A DNA stretch of 64,000 bases from Octopus sinensis. Lineage: Eukaryota. A model generated the notes under the pieces. The model was not told the DNA's origin, made no database searches, and was given only the letters and a program-made list of their open reading frames with translations. The position numbers and the translations under genes were made by a program. Below are positions 24,785-39,419 of this stretch, one piece after another. Every line of letters starts with the position of its first letter. Within the stretch, counting starts at the first letter, position 1. The DNA is taken from the NCBI RefSeq assembly GCF_006345805.1, contig NC_043000.1, positions 41,354,001-41,418,000 of the forward strand, given 5' to 3'.

Positions 24785-24977
24785 CGAACAGAAGAAAGAG
24801 TGAGAGAAAGTTGTGGCGAAAGAGTACAGCAGGGATCGCCACCATCCCCTGCCGGAGCCGCGTGGAGCTTTAGGTGTTTTCGCTCAATAAACACTCACAA
24901 CACTCGGTTTGGGAATCGAAACCGCGATCCTACAACCGCGAGTCCGCTGCCCTAACCACCGGGCCATTGCGCCTCCA
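24785..24977 (-). mobile_element. SINE type C 5' part
   Basis: GGAGGCGCAATGGCCCGGTGGTTAGGGCAGCGGACTCGCGG head; same as 40560-40738. Confidence 0.8.
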
Positions 24978-25004
24978 CGTGTTCATATACATATAAATAT
25001 ATAA

Positions 25005-25440
25005 CGTCGTGGCTGTTCCATGGCTTGTTATAGAGCTTACCGAAAGCAGAGCTAACCTTTCCGATTCTGGGCTCGATTTCTTTATCCATCTTTGCATCAT
25101 TGGACACAGTGAAACCAAGATAAGTGAAGGAGGAGACAGTTTTTAATTCTTTCTCATCGACATATACAATAGGGGAAACAGCATGAAGATGGTCACGAAT
25201 GGGGCTGATGGACAAGTTCAGTTTTCTTCATGCTGATGATCGGACCAAAAGCCATCGATGCACGCGAGAAGTTGTTTAGAATCCATTGCATGTCCTCAAG
25301 AGAGTGTGCTACAAGTGCGCAATAGTCTGCGAGGATGCAAATCTTGAACCGTTTGCACCAAAGTCTTAGTTTTTGTTTTGAAGCGCTTTTGGTTGAACAA
25401 GTCAAACAACAAACGGTGACAACAAACTTGCTAGCGTCTT
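25005..25440 (-). mobile_element. RTE/BovB-like reverse transcriptase fragment
   Basis: LADYCALVAHSLEDMQ..ISMKKTE and VSSFTYLGFTVSNDAKMDKEIEPRIGKVSSAFGKL, matching the FADD and FTYLGS motifs. Confidence 0.85.
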
Positions 25441-25711
25441 CGACAACACAGATATTGAATCAGCGTGGTATAGACAAAGTCATAAGTATGAGAGGTGAAC
25501 CATGTTTTTTAGCCACATTAACTAACCAGTTTACGTCCTTAGGATTACGGTCGTTTCACATCCTTCTTCGTGTAGTATGAATTTCAATATGGAAGAAATT
25601 TTGCATACATATTTTCATTGACATGTATGCTCAGTTTTATACATATACAAACACACACACAATAATACACACAGTGACACACTCACATACACACAGTCAC
25701 AAACACACCGG

Positions 25712-25919
<208 letters not shown>

Positions 25920-26715
25920 GCCCTGATGCAATACCAGGCACTAGCTCTCATGTCTCCTGATCTTAACTGATTGGAAGTGTTATCTTGTATTCTTTTTCTA
26001 TTCTAGGTACAAGGTCCAAAACCTTTGGGAGGGGGAAGTCGATTACATCGACCCCAGTACGCAACTGGTGCTTAATTCATCGACCCCGAAAAGATAAAAG
26101 GCAAAGTTGACCTCGGCGGAATTTGAACTCAGAATGTAAAGACAGCCGAAATACCGCTAAGCATTTCGCCCGGTGTGCTAACGTTTCTGCCAGCTCACCG
26201 CCTTATCTTGTATATATATTGTCGTGGTGCAAAATAGGTGGGCCAAAGTGAATATTCTACTCAATACTACCGATTTGCTTGTCAGTTGTTTGAACTTAAC
26301 CAGTTGAGCATGTCTCTTCGTGACTGACGATACGTGCATCTGTGATCACGAGCTGAAGTGATTGGGGAGGATTATAGGCATGTGTTGAGAGGTATTGTTA
26401 GGGGTTTGAATAATTCACCTCTGAAAACATGGGTGTTTTTTCTCATCATTCTTTTAAAAAAAAACCTTATTCTAGGACCTTTTGAGCGGGATAGGCTACT
26501 CAACCTGAAGAAAATTCTAACTGGGCCCCACCTGAAAATTCATGCACTGTTTATCTTGATATGAGATCATCATATCGCGCATAAATGGTGGTGATGCATG
26601 TGCCTGGTGTACCCATATCACACGGGTATATTGGCCTTCGTATATTTGTACACCAATGTCACTTTGATGGCATGCACTACTCTGTCACTCAATAATAATA
26701 GCAGTAGTAGTAGTA

Positions 26716-26782
<67 letters not shown>

Positions 26783-26809
26783 CACTAACAACAACAATAA
26801 TAATAGCTG

Positions 26810-28140
26810 CGATGAGTGTGCAAAAGCAAAATTAAAAGAGGAAAACTGACATCATCTATTCATCTTGACCTAGAAAAAACTATAAACGATCTTAATCCAC
26901 AAGGAACTTATAAGTATCTTGGCATTAATGAGGGTGATTGTCTTACTATGCATAAATGAAGGAGACGACTTAAAAGAAGCTCTACAGAAAAGTAGGGCTG
27001 GTCCTGATAATTGAAGTGGACTACAAGAACAGCTTAAACACTACAAACACCTCAGCAGTACCTGTTGCCTGATATGGTTTCTATGTCATGGGCTGGAACC
27101 TATCTGGCCTACGAAGAATGGACGCCAAAGCTAGAAAACTCCTAAATGACAATAAAATGCACCTTGACAAGTGGTCTATTGAAGTACTGAAGCAAAACTA
27201 ATGATTTTATAATGATATTTATGGGAGAACATGAATCCCAGAAGAAACTACATTCCATAAAAAAAGAAACTGAGGAATACAAAACAGAGTTTCACATTAC
27301 AGGAAAGAAAACTCTAACGAAGACAACCTTATATCAACAGAGACACGCAGAATAGGATAAAAGCAAAAGGACTAAAATCCTTGAAGACCGATGGCAACAA
27401 GGAAGCTCTCCATGACCAATACCCACTCAGCATGCATAAAGCTAATGAAGATCAATGTCAAACATACCAGTGGCAGCGAAGTTCAGGGTTGAAAGCTGAA
27501 ACAATGATTCATTTTTGCCATCCAGGACCAGAGTCTATGCACAAAAAATTATCAAGCTAACTTCCACAAAAACGGACCAGGCCCTAAGTGCAGAGTTTGA
27601 GTTGCCCACAAAAACACAAATTCACCATATAATATCTGAATGCCCAACCCTGGCTCCAACTAAATACTCTACTAGAGAGGACAGAGTTGGCCAACACATT
27701 CACTGAACTTTGTGCAAAAGCGTCGGTGCTGAACATGCGAAGAACTGGTAAAAATATCAACCGAAACCAGTAGTTGAAAGTAACATTACTATTTTTTGCG
27801 ACTTTACAGCTAACACTGATCACACAAACAATGCTAACAGCCAAATATTGTTAAAGTCAACTAAAATCAAGACCTGTATATTTGTGTGTATGACAATATC
27901 ATCTAAGAAATATGTACCTGCCAATGAATATATGATAAACTTGCTATAAATAAACGCCTGGAATCTGAAATAAGCAGGAGCACTAAAGACGTAAACAATA
28001 CCACTTGTGACTGGAGCACTAAGATTCACATAAAATAAAGTCAGTAGCCTCCTTGGATAAGTCTTAGGAAAACTACCATATACGAAATCTTAAAAGTAGC
28101 GCTAAGCCATACAGCTCGTACTCTCCGTAATTTCTTGTCC
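26810..28140 (+). mobile_element. R4/Dong-like LINE relic (RT thumb, CCHC, restriction-like endonuclease region)
   Basis: TYKYLGINEG, GWNLSGLRRMDAKARKLL, KCRV..IHHIISECPTLAPTKY, NWxKYQPKPVVES; starts right after an (AAT)n array. Confidence 0.75.
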
Positions 28141-30170
28141 TTGCAATCTATATTCTGGAAACATTTTTTCTCTTCCCTCTGTGATTACTTGATACAAGAA
28201 TAAAAGCGCACCTGAATAGGAAGATGTGTTGGACAATAACACTACACTTCAATGCCTGCGTTAGGTTACTGTTTGTTGCTCAGCAGATATCTGTTATAGT
28301 TGAAAGCAAAGCTGACCACAATGGAATTTGAAATCAGTGCGTAAAGAGCCGGTACAAATGCCGTGAAGCATTTTTTTCCGAACTCTGCTCTGACAATTCG
28401 CCAGTAATTCAGTATAACAATATTTATAATGATTTCTTTCACTAGTGACCAATAGAGTATTGCAATGGTGAATGATGACGATGATATCGATTGGAACGAC
28501 AAAATCGATGACGATTTGGAGAAATTAAAAAAATTACGATGGAGTGTTTTCATTGGTGTTAATCACTGTTTTCTTATGCGCCCCACAGACCCCCGCCTAT
28601 AAAAGCAAAATCATATTTAAAGATAAAAAGTTGATATTCTAACAGCTATTATTTTTTTAAAATTCAACCAAGTACAGCACTGAGCAAACAAATTGAATTT
28701 GAAAAGAAAAAAATTAGATTTTGATTCAATTCATAAAATAATATATTATAGAAAATTCTATGATATCTTTTATTTTTCTTCTCATTTTTAACTTCCCCAA
28801 ACTTGAAAGATTTTATTGATTACCATTAGCAGGTCTACGTGTGAATTCAGCCAATTCCTTGATTTGTCTGGATTCTGAAAAGAGAAGTGAATCAAGATTC
28901 ACATAACTCTGTCGTTGCAAATAGACAGGTTAAATTTTTGGTTATAATTCTCTTAAATGTTAGATCTACAGAAGCAGACAAAGAATTTTTGGCGAGCTTA
29001 AATGAGTTACTTTCAAATGCTAGTTAATAATTTTATTCTGAAAAGCGTTAAATATATACTTACCTGCTTTATTGCACTCACTAAAATGCTATACGTCACT
29101 TCCAGGAGACCTGGTTATCCCAATTTAAAAATTATTGCACTACACTGTCGAACAACATCTAAGAAATAGCAAGCTAAACCTCCCTCAAACTTCCTGTTGT
29201 CTTAAAAAAAAAGACACAGACATATTAGACAAAGTACCACTACCTACATCACCAAAGTCTGGTTGGCCATGGCTAGAATGCTATTGGTTAGTGTCCAAAG
29301 GGCTACTCTATCAGAACTAACCTGGACCTAAACGCCAACAAACGATTGTAAAAACCAAGGGGAAAGTAGGATAACAATAACAATGGCAACAACAAGAATC
29401 AAACCAACGGGAACAACATTAACGGCAACAACAACAACAACGACATCAGCGACAACAGAAACAAAGCATTACTTTTTTTTAATTGCAATGCACTCGTTAT
29501 GTATGGGATCTCAACAGCGAGTGCACGCTTATATTTCCCACATAATCACCACACAACAATGTCAGCTGTGTGTTTAATACTGAGAAATACCAACCTCCTT
29601 TTTACATATATGAGTCACAAAACACACTAGAAGTTTTCTCATTTATGTATTTTTTTTCATTTTTTTGTATTGCTTTTTATTTATGTATTTATATAGGTGT
29701 GTTTTTTTGTGGCATACAATTTCAAAGTATATAAATATTATAATAAAATACTTAATAGTCTTATTATTATTAAAACTATTCTTTTATTAGCCCATAATTT
29801 TTTATTACTTAAAAGCCAAACTCATCTCTGTGAAATCTTGAGTAAATATAGTATTTTGAATAATTCATATATATTTGTGTATTCTTAAATCATATTGGGA
29901 GTTATAATTATTATTTCCCAGTTGTATTTTTCTTATTGCACGCTTTCTTTGAACTACCAGGCGTATCTGTGCGCCTCTTTTATATTTGCAGTCTTCAGGA
30001 TTTATTTTTCTATTGGATAGAAAGTTCACTAAGTAATATAACTGCAGGCATAGTAAAGATATTTTGTGAGTTGTGCATGTTTGTAAATCTTGAGATTTCT
30101 TTTTATCATTTTCAGAGCACCTGTTACACTAGGGAACTCTAATTCCAGGATCGTTGTTGCTGATGTCAAT

Positions 30171-30283
30171 CTTCTTCTTCTTCTTCTTCTTCTTCTTCTT
30201 CTTCTCTTCTTCTTCTTCTTCTTCTTCTTCTTCTTCTTCTTCTTCTTCTTCTTCTTCTTCTTCTTCTTCTTCTTCTTCTTCTT
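30171..30283. repeat. (CTT)n homopurine/homopyrimidine tract, ~38 units
   Basis: Directly visible, one interruption. Confidence 0.95.
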
Positions 30284-31604
30284 TGCTAGAAATTTAAAAG
30301 ACAATCTCGTCATACTTTATGTAACGCAGTTTGGGTTTGAGAACTTTGTTAAGTGTACCAGTGATTGTCTGTTGAATTCAATCGCACACACACGTGTGTG
30401 TATGTGTGTGTGTGTGTGTGTGTGTAGGTAAATACTTAAATGTGAACAAGAAAGAGAAAAGAGATTGCTAATACCAAGCGTACAGCTATTGGCTGGCATA
30501 TCTTAAGCGTTTGAGTATTTTTGTTAGGGTTTTCATTCACGATCGTGAGGTCGTGGTTTCAATTCCAAGGCCGGATGCTGCATTGTGTTCATGAGCTAAA
30601 CGTTTCATTTCACGTTATTTTGCGATCACTTCGACATCTGACGCGTGGTACACCGTGCATCTACCTGTTCAAGCAACGTCGATTTGTTGGAGAGAGTAAG
30701 CTAATGCACGGCACATAAATTTGATCACTATAAACAAATAATTTGTGTAGGCTGCTCAGGAAGATATTGTAGGACCGTCTTTCTCGGACTACGAGAAACT
30801 ACCATCATCATATATGGCATATTTTGTGGGAAAGTGACGCTCAAATATCGTTAGAGTTATTCACTTCCGATTTTCGGTCAATAAGGAAAATATAGGAATA
30901 AAAACATAGCAATAAAGATATTTAGACATTTAGCTAGGCTTTGATAGGTTAAGATAAAAACAAAAGTATATAATTGACTAACCGCTATGTACAAAATAAA
31001 GCGAAGGGATGAGTAGGAGTGTTTGTCGATTACTGAAGACAAGAGAGAAAGAAATATAAGCAGTATAGTTACGTATATTGAAAATAATCTATTTAGAAAT
31101 ATAAAAGCGGAGTCGTGTAAGACAGGTGAGTAGGAATGATATGTATAAGCATACATATGAAAAGAAAGTCGTGAGACAAAAGACGTAAAAAAAACGAAGG
31201 AAACAGGTAAGTCTTTAGAAACTAGAATAATGAATTATAAAGTAACGAAAAGACAAAACAAACAGAGAAAAAAATCAAGTATAAATATGTAATTGTGCAC
31301 ATACCTAAACTGTGATTGCGGGATAAATTGGAAAATACAGAGTAGGCCAAAAGTCAAGCAAAAAAATAAGTTCAATACGTTCCGGAATTGTCAAAGATAT
31401 ATGCTCCAACTTTCCTAAAATTGAATAAAATCAATAAAATAATGATGAATACACACGTACTTTTACATAATGAACCAAATGAATAACAGTAATAATAATA
31501 ATAGTATTAATAACAACAACAACAACAACAACAGCAACAACAACAACAATAATAATAATAATAATAATAATGATGATGATGATGATGATGATGACGACGA
31601 CGAC

Positions 31605-31652
<48 letters not shown>

Positions 31653-31659
31653 AATCTTT

Positions 31660-31796
31660 TCTACTATAGGCCTGAAAAATGGGAGAGGGGGATAGTCGAT
31701 TACACCAACCCCAGTGCGTAAATGATACTTATTTCTCCATCCCGAAAGGGTGAAAGGCAAAGTCGACCTCGGTGTAATTTGAACTCAGAACGTGAA
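31660..31796 (-). mobile_element. SINE type B 3' part flanking the Tx1 fragment (5' part at 33881-33970)
   Basis: Module GAAAGG(G/A)TGAAAGG...GAACTCAGAACGT is present on both sides of the Tx1 fragment. Confidence 0.75.
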
Positions 31797-31799
31797 AAG

Positions 31800-33878
31800 A
31801 ACGTACATCCAAGATGGTGTTCCAGTTGTCCATTAACACTAAAGAGCGGGACGTTACTAGAAAGAACCTCAAACGTCTAAAGAAATCTGGCTTCCCCGAT
31901 CCAGTCAGTGCATAAACAGCGACCAGTCTAAAAGCACTGCCTTCATTATCGTTCACGTCCAGGACCACTGACTTACCCGGGTTCAGGAAAACCGACCGTA
32001 TCTCAAGATCCAGGCCTTTTCTGAACAACACCACCAACCGCCCCCTCCCATTCCTGATCGACTAAGAGATACAAAGATCTTAAAATCATGAAGAATGGGT
32101 ACTAAGGTGCGTGTGGCCACGATCCTGGTCTCACTGATGGCTATTACATCCAAATTTAGGCGACCCGAGACCATTGCACAAGCGACCTTGCTTCCAGGAC
32201 GACCCCCGGCCACGCATGTTTATACAACCTACTTTAAGGAAATAAGGAAAAGAAAAAGCGGATGTCACTTACCATCTCGGTGCTGTTGGTGGTCGAGTGG
32301 TTCTCCCATCGTCTGGTTGGTTGGGTTCCTCTGGGAATCCTCTTAAAAGCCATCTGGTGGCCGTTACACTGGGAGTTCCTATGTCGTTAGGATAGCTTCC
32401 CTTAATATTCATATACGTCTCTATCGTCATGCACACTATCATTAAGCTCTCCGGCACTCTAAAAGCGTTGGGGCTGCAGACCACCCTCTCTGTTTCAATG
32501 AATGTTCTTGTATCGTGTTATGAGTGCTATCAGATGTTTGTTGACCCTCCCCACTACCACAAAATTCCGCTGTTGTGCGACTGGTTGCTGTGATGGAATT
32601 TTTCTTTTTATTGCTTGTTGTGCTTGTGATCCTATTGGTGGTGTTTGTGATGGTGTTGTTGATTGTGGTGTTTGTAATGTTGGTGTTGTCGTTGTATTCG
32701 CAATTTCCTTGTTTTCGACTTTTTCCTGTGTCTCTATTTCGGTCTTTTAGCCTTTTGGGCTTCCCTCTCATCATCGCTTTGGTGTGTGGAGGAGCTAGTG
32801 TCTTGTACATCTCCCTTCAGTGTTGGAGACGGTATGTATGTGTTTGTGCCGCTGTTAACCTGAGAGAGAGGGGAAAGGAGGAGTTAGATTGCAAGACAAC
32901 GTGAATGGTACATTCTCTTACGGATGTTCATGTTTGCGTTTGTTCTGGTACTCTTGTGGTTTTTGTTGTTGTTTGATGCTCCTGCCACTGTTGTTTCCGC
33001 TATTGCTGCTGGTACTACTCCCACTGCCACCTTGTTGTAACAAGTGCCTGTTCTGTCTCCTTGGATGCAATTCCTGCTTCTATTTCCACGTCTTTCTTCT
33101 GTTGTTGATGTTCTTATTGTTTTTGCTGTCTCGAAGGTTGTGTCGGCTGCATTTGGGCTTTTCTTTCTGCTCTTTTGTTTTGGTTGTGTGAGAAGAAAGC
33201 CCGTAAGCGACCCGTCGATCCTCAAACGTGGCATCTCAGCCCCCTGCCCTCCATGTTTACTCTCAGCTCTGCTCCATTCGGGGAGGAAATCAAGCCTGAT
33301 ACTCTCTCCACCTGCTCCGGTTTTACATGGAGAAGCACCTCCAGGGTAGTCCCAGCACAATTCTCATTCCGTGATTTTTTTACAACCAGGAGATTTTCGC
33401 CGCCGTCTGCACAAATACAGGCGAGAATCCACTAAATATGTAGACCTAGCGGGATGCCTGGCACCGTAATTCGTACTGGCCTTCTTCCAAGGTACGTTAG
33501 GAAGAGGAAGATTTCCTCGGTACGATGAGCAGCCACCGAGTTCTGGATAGCAAGCTCCTCCGTCTTAAACAGGTTCTCGGCTCCGCCAAACTGCCTCGCT
33601 CTCCTTACGTGGTCGATACCCTGCCATATATCCTTCAAGGCCTTTTCCACTTGGCTGCTCTTTGCATTTTCCAGTCTCGTGAACTGGAAAATGTTCACGC
33701 ATCCGAAGACAGCAGTCCGTTTGGCTGTTGCTTCAAGTGCTGTCGCTCGGAGACGACAATTCCGCTCTCTTTCCATTATTTTCGTGTATTTCGTAGCATT
33801 TGCTAGTTTTTGATTTTTATTTTCCGAGGAGCTGTGAAACTTTCACGAACTTACCGCGCTCCAAATCAACACGAACTC
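31800..33878 (-). mobile_element. 5' half of a Tx1/L1-clade LINE: 5' UTR, frameshifted ORF1 (ATG 33776) with zinc knuckle, ORF2 endonuclease
   Basis: ORF1 MERERNCRL..; decayed knuckle EGRGLRCHV*GSTGRLRA; EN motifs LDVIAISETR, GSAFRLVAVYA, PDFFRRL, SLVLMDNWNTILD; ends abruptly at 31800. Confidence 0.8.
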
Positions 33879-34051
33879 GAAAGGATGAAAGGTAAAGTCA
33901 ACCTCGGTGCAATTTGAACTCAGAACGTAAGCACGGGCGAAATACCACTAACGATACTGCCAGTTCGCTGCCTTCAGTGAATGATGATAATGATGATACA
34001 ACAACAACAACAACCACAATAATAATGATAATAATAATAATAATAATAATG

Positions 34052-34092
<41 letters not shown>

Positions 34093-34104
34093 CCTTTCTA
34101 TTTA

Positions 34105-34292
34105 GGACAAAAACGGCTTTATCGATCGCATCCTCACTTGGAATCGATTTTTGTAATTTTATCAAAACTTATACATGCCCTGATACCATCGGTATCTACA
34201 TATCAAATTTGAGCGCAAACGGATGGAGGATGCCCGAGATCCGAGAAGACACACAGACAGACAGGCAGACAGAACGGATTTTATATATAAGA
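34105..34292 (-). mobile_element. Probable Helitron 5' end fragment
   Basis: Minus strand starts A|TCTTATATATAAAA followed by (CTGT)n, like the 5' end of the Helitron at 39555. Confidence 0.45.
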
Positions 34293-36445
34293 TATATATA
34301 TGGGGGTGTGTGTGCAGATTTGTATGTTTTGTTATATGTATGTAGTCTCATACATATACACGCTCATATATATTTAAATGATAAACTTCAGGAAAGTTTT
34401 ATAAATTGTTACAGTTCCAGTGATGGATTGGATCTGTATTCTTCGAATCAGCTCTCCCCTTTCTGGTTTTGAGAAGCCTAATTTCTCAAGATTGGGATTT
34501 AGGCAGTGTGTTTCATATTCTAGTGCCCCAATTATTACAGGTGTGTATGTATGTATGTATGTATGTATGTATGTATGTATGTATGTATGTGTGTGTGTGT
34601 TTGTATGTATGTATGTATGTATGTATGTATGTATGTATGTATGCATGCATGTATGTATGTATGCGTGTAGGTATGTATATTTTCTCCTATTTCTTTTCGA
34701 GAGATATTATCGTCTTTTCGGACCTGTGAACAACGACCAGGTAATTTGCTTTGAACTCTCCTTCCTACATGGATCGACATTCTCCAGAGTATAGCCACTT
34801 CGAAATATTCTGAAATTTGTTTCGCTATATATCTATATCATTTGTTTTCTTTCAGTATTTCGTAATGTCAACACAATCTCCAAAGAACTGTCTTTCATGT
34901 ATATAAATTATCTCATGGTCATCATTGAGTAGACAAAGACGTTGTAATTAAATGTTTGTTTCTTCCAAGCCACAACATATTCTGCAGTTACTTATCGTCT
35001 TCTTCTCCTTCTAGTTGAAAAAGAAACCAAATCGCGCTCGACAGACCTACAAGAAACAACAGCCAAAAACACACACGTGGCTCATGGTATCAGCTTAATA
35101 AAAGGAAGGACATGTTGGATAATAATAGTCCTATATTTTCTATTTCTGGAGAAAGAGACGCCTTAGTTCACGGCATGGACGCGTTTCATTATAGGGTATT
35201 TCATACCGATCACACTATCCGGATGGGACAGAGGATTGTATATAAAATAAAAACAATAGCTTCAACAGTTACAACTTCTGAATAATGTGATTTAAGTAAG
35301 AAGTTCAATCATCTGAGAAATGTTTTCTTTTTTTGTTTTTTCCACCCATTTACAAAAGCGTAAGAAGTAGACAGTCAACAACAAATCTGACACAGAAAGG
35401 CGTCATGCTTACAGCCGTCTAAGTCAAGGATTAAAACCTTAATACGATCCCTATACACACACACACACACACACAAATGAAGGTGGGCTCCTTGCTCCAT
35501 CTGCAAAAACACCAGCCAAAATCTTCCTTAAATATCATCTTTTTATAACAGAATAGACACATTGAATACACATTGAATACACTATGTTCTCAGAATAGAC
35601 ACATTGAACACACTATGTTCTCATATAAAACGGCAGTCCTCCATTCTAGGTAAGTTATAGAGGCCAGATTTTAACAGCATAATGCAACACGGGGCACGAT
35701 TAGTTACGCGACCAGCAGCACCACCGTTTCGCTCACCGAACGTTCTCTTTCATTCTTTATCAACGGTAATAGCTGATAGTTAGTAATCAAAAGTCATTTC
35801 CTCCGAAAACAAGAGAACTTGTAAAGGGTCATGCGACCTACTAGACTTAGTAGCCAAAATTCCATCAAATCACTTTTTACTCTTTTGTATAAAGAAGGAT
35901 ATGTCGGACAGCGTAGTTCCTGATACACATAAAAAAAAAGAAAGAAAGGAAAAAGAAAGGATGATATGAGCTGGAACGCTTTTGATCATAGGGCTGCTTG
36001 ATCAGGGCTAACAACAATAACACCATATAGCCTTTGTTATTCGTTGCCCCGAACACAGCGCAGCATGCATGTATCACAAGAAGGAAAGAAACCCTCAGTT
36101 CTGTATGGGAGGTGTGTTCGTCAATTCGCAACATACCGAGATTTCAAATAAAGTTTCGACACAAAGCTGATATTGTTCACTGCATTTTATAATGTATTTT
36201 TGTAATGTATTTCAAAGATGTATTTTTTTAGGGAGTATTTCTCTTTTCTTTTGTCAGTCTAATATCGATAGGCGACTTGTCAATCTGAATATGGCGTATA
36301 TTTAAGGGGCAAAAGACATATTATTTAACTGCCAACGCACGACACTGTCATCAAAGAAAAATACACATACACACACAAATCTCTATATCATCATCTTCAT
36401 CATCATCATACTTATCCTTATTATTATTGTTATTATTATTATTAC

Positions 36446-36518
<73 letters not shown>

Positions 36519-36522
36519 GTCA

Positions 36523-36558
<36 letters not shown>

Positions 36559-36663
36559 TTTCAAATAAAATTTTCATTGCGCAAACCGTTTGAAATAATA
36601 CTTATTGTTTTCTACAGAGACAGACACATATTCATAAAACAAAACTACCATTCCCACTCGCGC

Positions 36664-36705
<42 letters not shown>

Positions 36706-36979
36706 ATATATATATACATGTACTCACACATGCACACTCACACATACTCACTTGCACACATACATATATGTAAATATGGGAGGCAAAGAAATGCATTAAT
36801 ATATTCAGTAGAGAAAAAGGTGAGGCCTTTGAACGTCTGTGGTCGGTAACCTTAAATGTATTTAAAACGGTTGCTTTTATGTGTGAATGTGTGTGTGCGT
36901 GACCGCGTCTAATTGTGTGTGTATGGGGATAGGTAGATGTACATATATATGAGGCTAAATATTCATACTTTAAATATTC

Positions 36980-37010
<31 letters not shown>

Positions 37011-37133
37011 TATTCATAAAGGCTACGCTGAGATTTTAAGTATGCTAATACTTTTTGGGTGTAGTGAAAAATATTCAGATGGGTCTGTGTGTATGCGTGT
37101 GCATAGGTATATATACATATACGCACACACACA

Positions 37134-37505
37134 CATGGCTGTGTGGTAAGTAGCTTGCTAACCAACCACATGGCTCCGGGTTCAGTCCCATTGCGTGGCA
37201 TCTTGGGCAAGTGTCTTCTACTATAGCCTCGGGCCGACCAAAGCCTTGTGAGTGGATTTGGTAGATGGAAACTGAAAGAAGCCTGTCGTATATATGTAAG
37301 TGTGTATGTGTCTGTGTGTCTGTGTTTGTCCCCCTAGCATTGCTTGACAACCGATGCTGGTGTGTTTATGTCCCCGGTACTTAGAATAAGTACTGGGCTT
37401 ACAAAAATAGAATAAGTCCCGGGGTCGAGTTCCTCGATTAAAGGCGCTGCTCCAGCATGGCCGCAGTGAAATGACTGAAACAAATAAAAGAGAAAAAAGA
37501 GAAAT
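37134..37505 (+). mobile_element. Near full-length SINE type A
   Basis: Collinear with the reverse complement of 16686-17097; further partial copies at 6425-6530, 38385-38720, 46370-46460 and 55200-55380. Confidence 0.85.
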
Positions 37506-39214
37506 ATATATATATATTCTCTTTCTCTTTTTTCTCTTTTATTTGTTTCAGTCATTATACATATATATGCTTACATACATATATACATGCATATATAACA
37601 ATATATATATATAACAATATACATATAACAATATACATATAAATATACATACATACATACACGCTCATACACACATATGCACACACAGGGGTGGAAGTAC
37701 GAAAGTGAATGTACGTATTAACCGTACACATTATATGTTCCAAGCTCATACATACATGTGTGTTCATGTGTGAGTGTGTGTGGGGGTCGCATGTGCGTTT
37801 GTGTTTATGCATGTGTGTGTTTGTGTGTGTGTGTGTAAGTATGCATGTATATATTAACCTCCTATATTTTATGCTCCGGGCTCATATAGATACACGTCTT
37901 CACAAATATTCTCAAAGGCCTGTGTATACATATCGACACATCAAAAAATTTACGCAAACCCCTACTCTTTCGCACTTATTCACACTCTTATTCTGTTCTC
38001 AAGCTCTCAAACCCGTGCACACGAACATACTATATCAAGCGCGCATACACGAACATATACATGCACACACACACACACACACAAACACAGATTCACTGTT
38101 AGGAGTATTATAGTGGAATTTCATTGGGTAGCTCATTAATTAGACACGTGTTTGTGTGCCCTTACAAGTAATTTCCCTACAAGCTACCTACTAGCTAACC
38201 ATCCATTTAAAATCTACATAAATATTTGAATGCTTGCGCTGTTTTCCCATCTTTATGTATGTACGTCTGTCTGTTAGTCTGTCTGTCCGTCTGTCTGTCT
38301 GTATGTATGTATGCATGTATGTATGTATGTATGTATGTATGTATGTATGTATGTATGTATGTATGTATTACTCTTACTTGTTACAGTCAGTAGACCGTCT
38401 TCATGCCTGAGCATTCCCTTGTAGAGTCACAGGAAGAAATCAACCGCAGTCCTAATTTTCTTAGTTTGATATTTACTCTATTGATCAGTTTTGCCGAACC
38501 GTTAGGTAATGTGGACGTAAAGATATCAACATCGATTGTCAAACAGTGGGTGACATGTGCGCAGACACTCACATGCACACGCACGCGCGCACACACGCAT
38601 ACATACATACACACAAAGCAAGATAGAGATATATGCGCCGGGATTCCTTACATTTCGCCTGTACCAAATCCACTCACAATTCTTTGGTCAGCCATGGGCT
38701 GTGAAAATCTTGCCAGAATGTGATCTTTTGTAATCCCAAATCTATTTCCACATTCAATTCTGTGTTCATTGACTTGCATGTAATATTGTAAAGTAGGCTA
38801 TACATTACGAAGCTCCATGTTACGACAAAATATTCATCTATATGACACTTACGTAATGCAGCTGTTTGCATTAAAATTTCTCACCAATATTGTTTATTGG
38901 TTGCATATGATATGCAGATTAATATTCGCATTGGCCATACAAATACGACAATGTCCCGTCAGCTCTCCAGGCATTTAAGCTACAACGTAAGTTTTTACTA
39001 ACAAATTTTCAGTATTACTGATGAAATTGAAATTTTTGAACATCATAAGAGCAGGTTACTGCAAAATGCGTTAATCTACAAAATTCACGTGCCAGAATTC
39101 AGAACTATGAAAAACGTCGGTGTATGAGAAATAATACCTGTGATCCAATCACCTTTATTAGATCGTCCCCATTAGTCATCAAATTCCAACGTGTTAATGA
39201 CAGAGACTTTACAA

Positions 39215-39419
39215 ACCGTAAATCCTAGAGTATAATCTGCACTTTTCCCCAAAAATTTAAAAATCAAAATCCCTAGTGCGTAATATATACGAGATTAAAA
39301 ATGAAAATTAGAGAAGGGTGCGTATTATACACAAGGTTTAGGTTTTTCAGAGGTACAGCTCCCTAAAAATCCCCGGCGTATTATACTCAAGGGCGAACTA
39401 TACTCGACGATTTACGGTA
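39215..39419. mobile_element. pogo/Tigger-like MITE
   Basis: TIRs ACCGTAAATCCTAGAGTATA / TATACTCGACGATTTACGGT, TA at the right end. Confidence 0.7.

Noticed and set aside
34701-34740. 39-nt exon RYYRLFGPVNNDQ
   Set aside because: The acceptor would be GAG, which is rare, and there is no other support.
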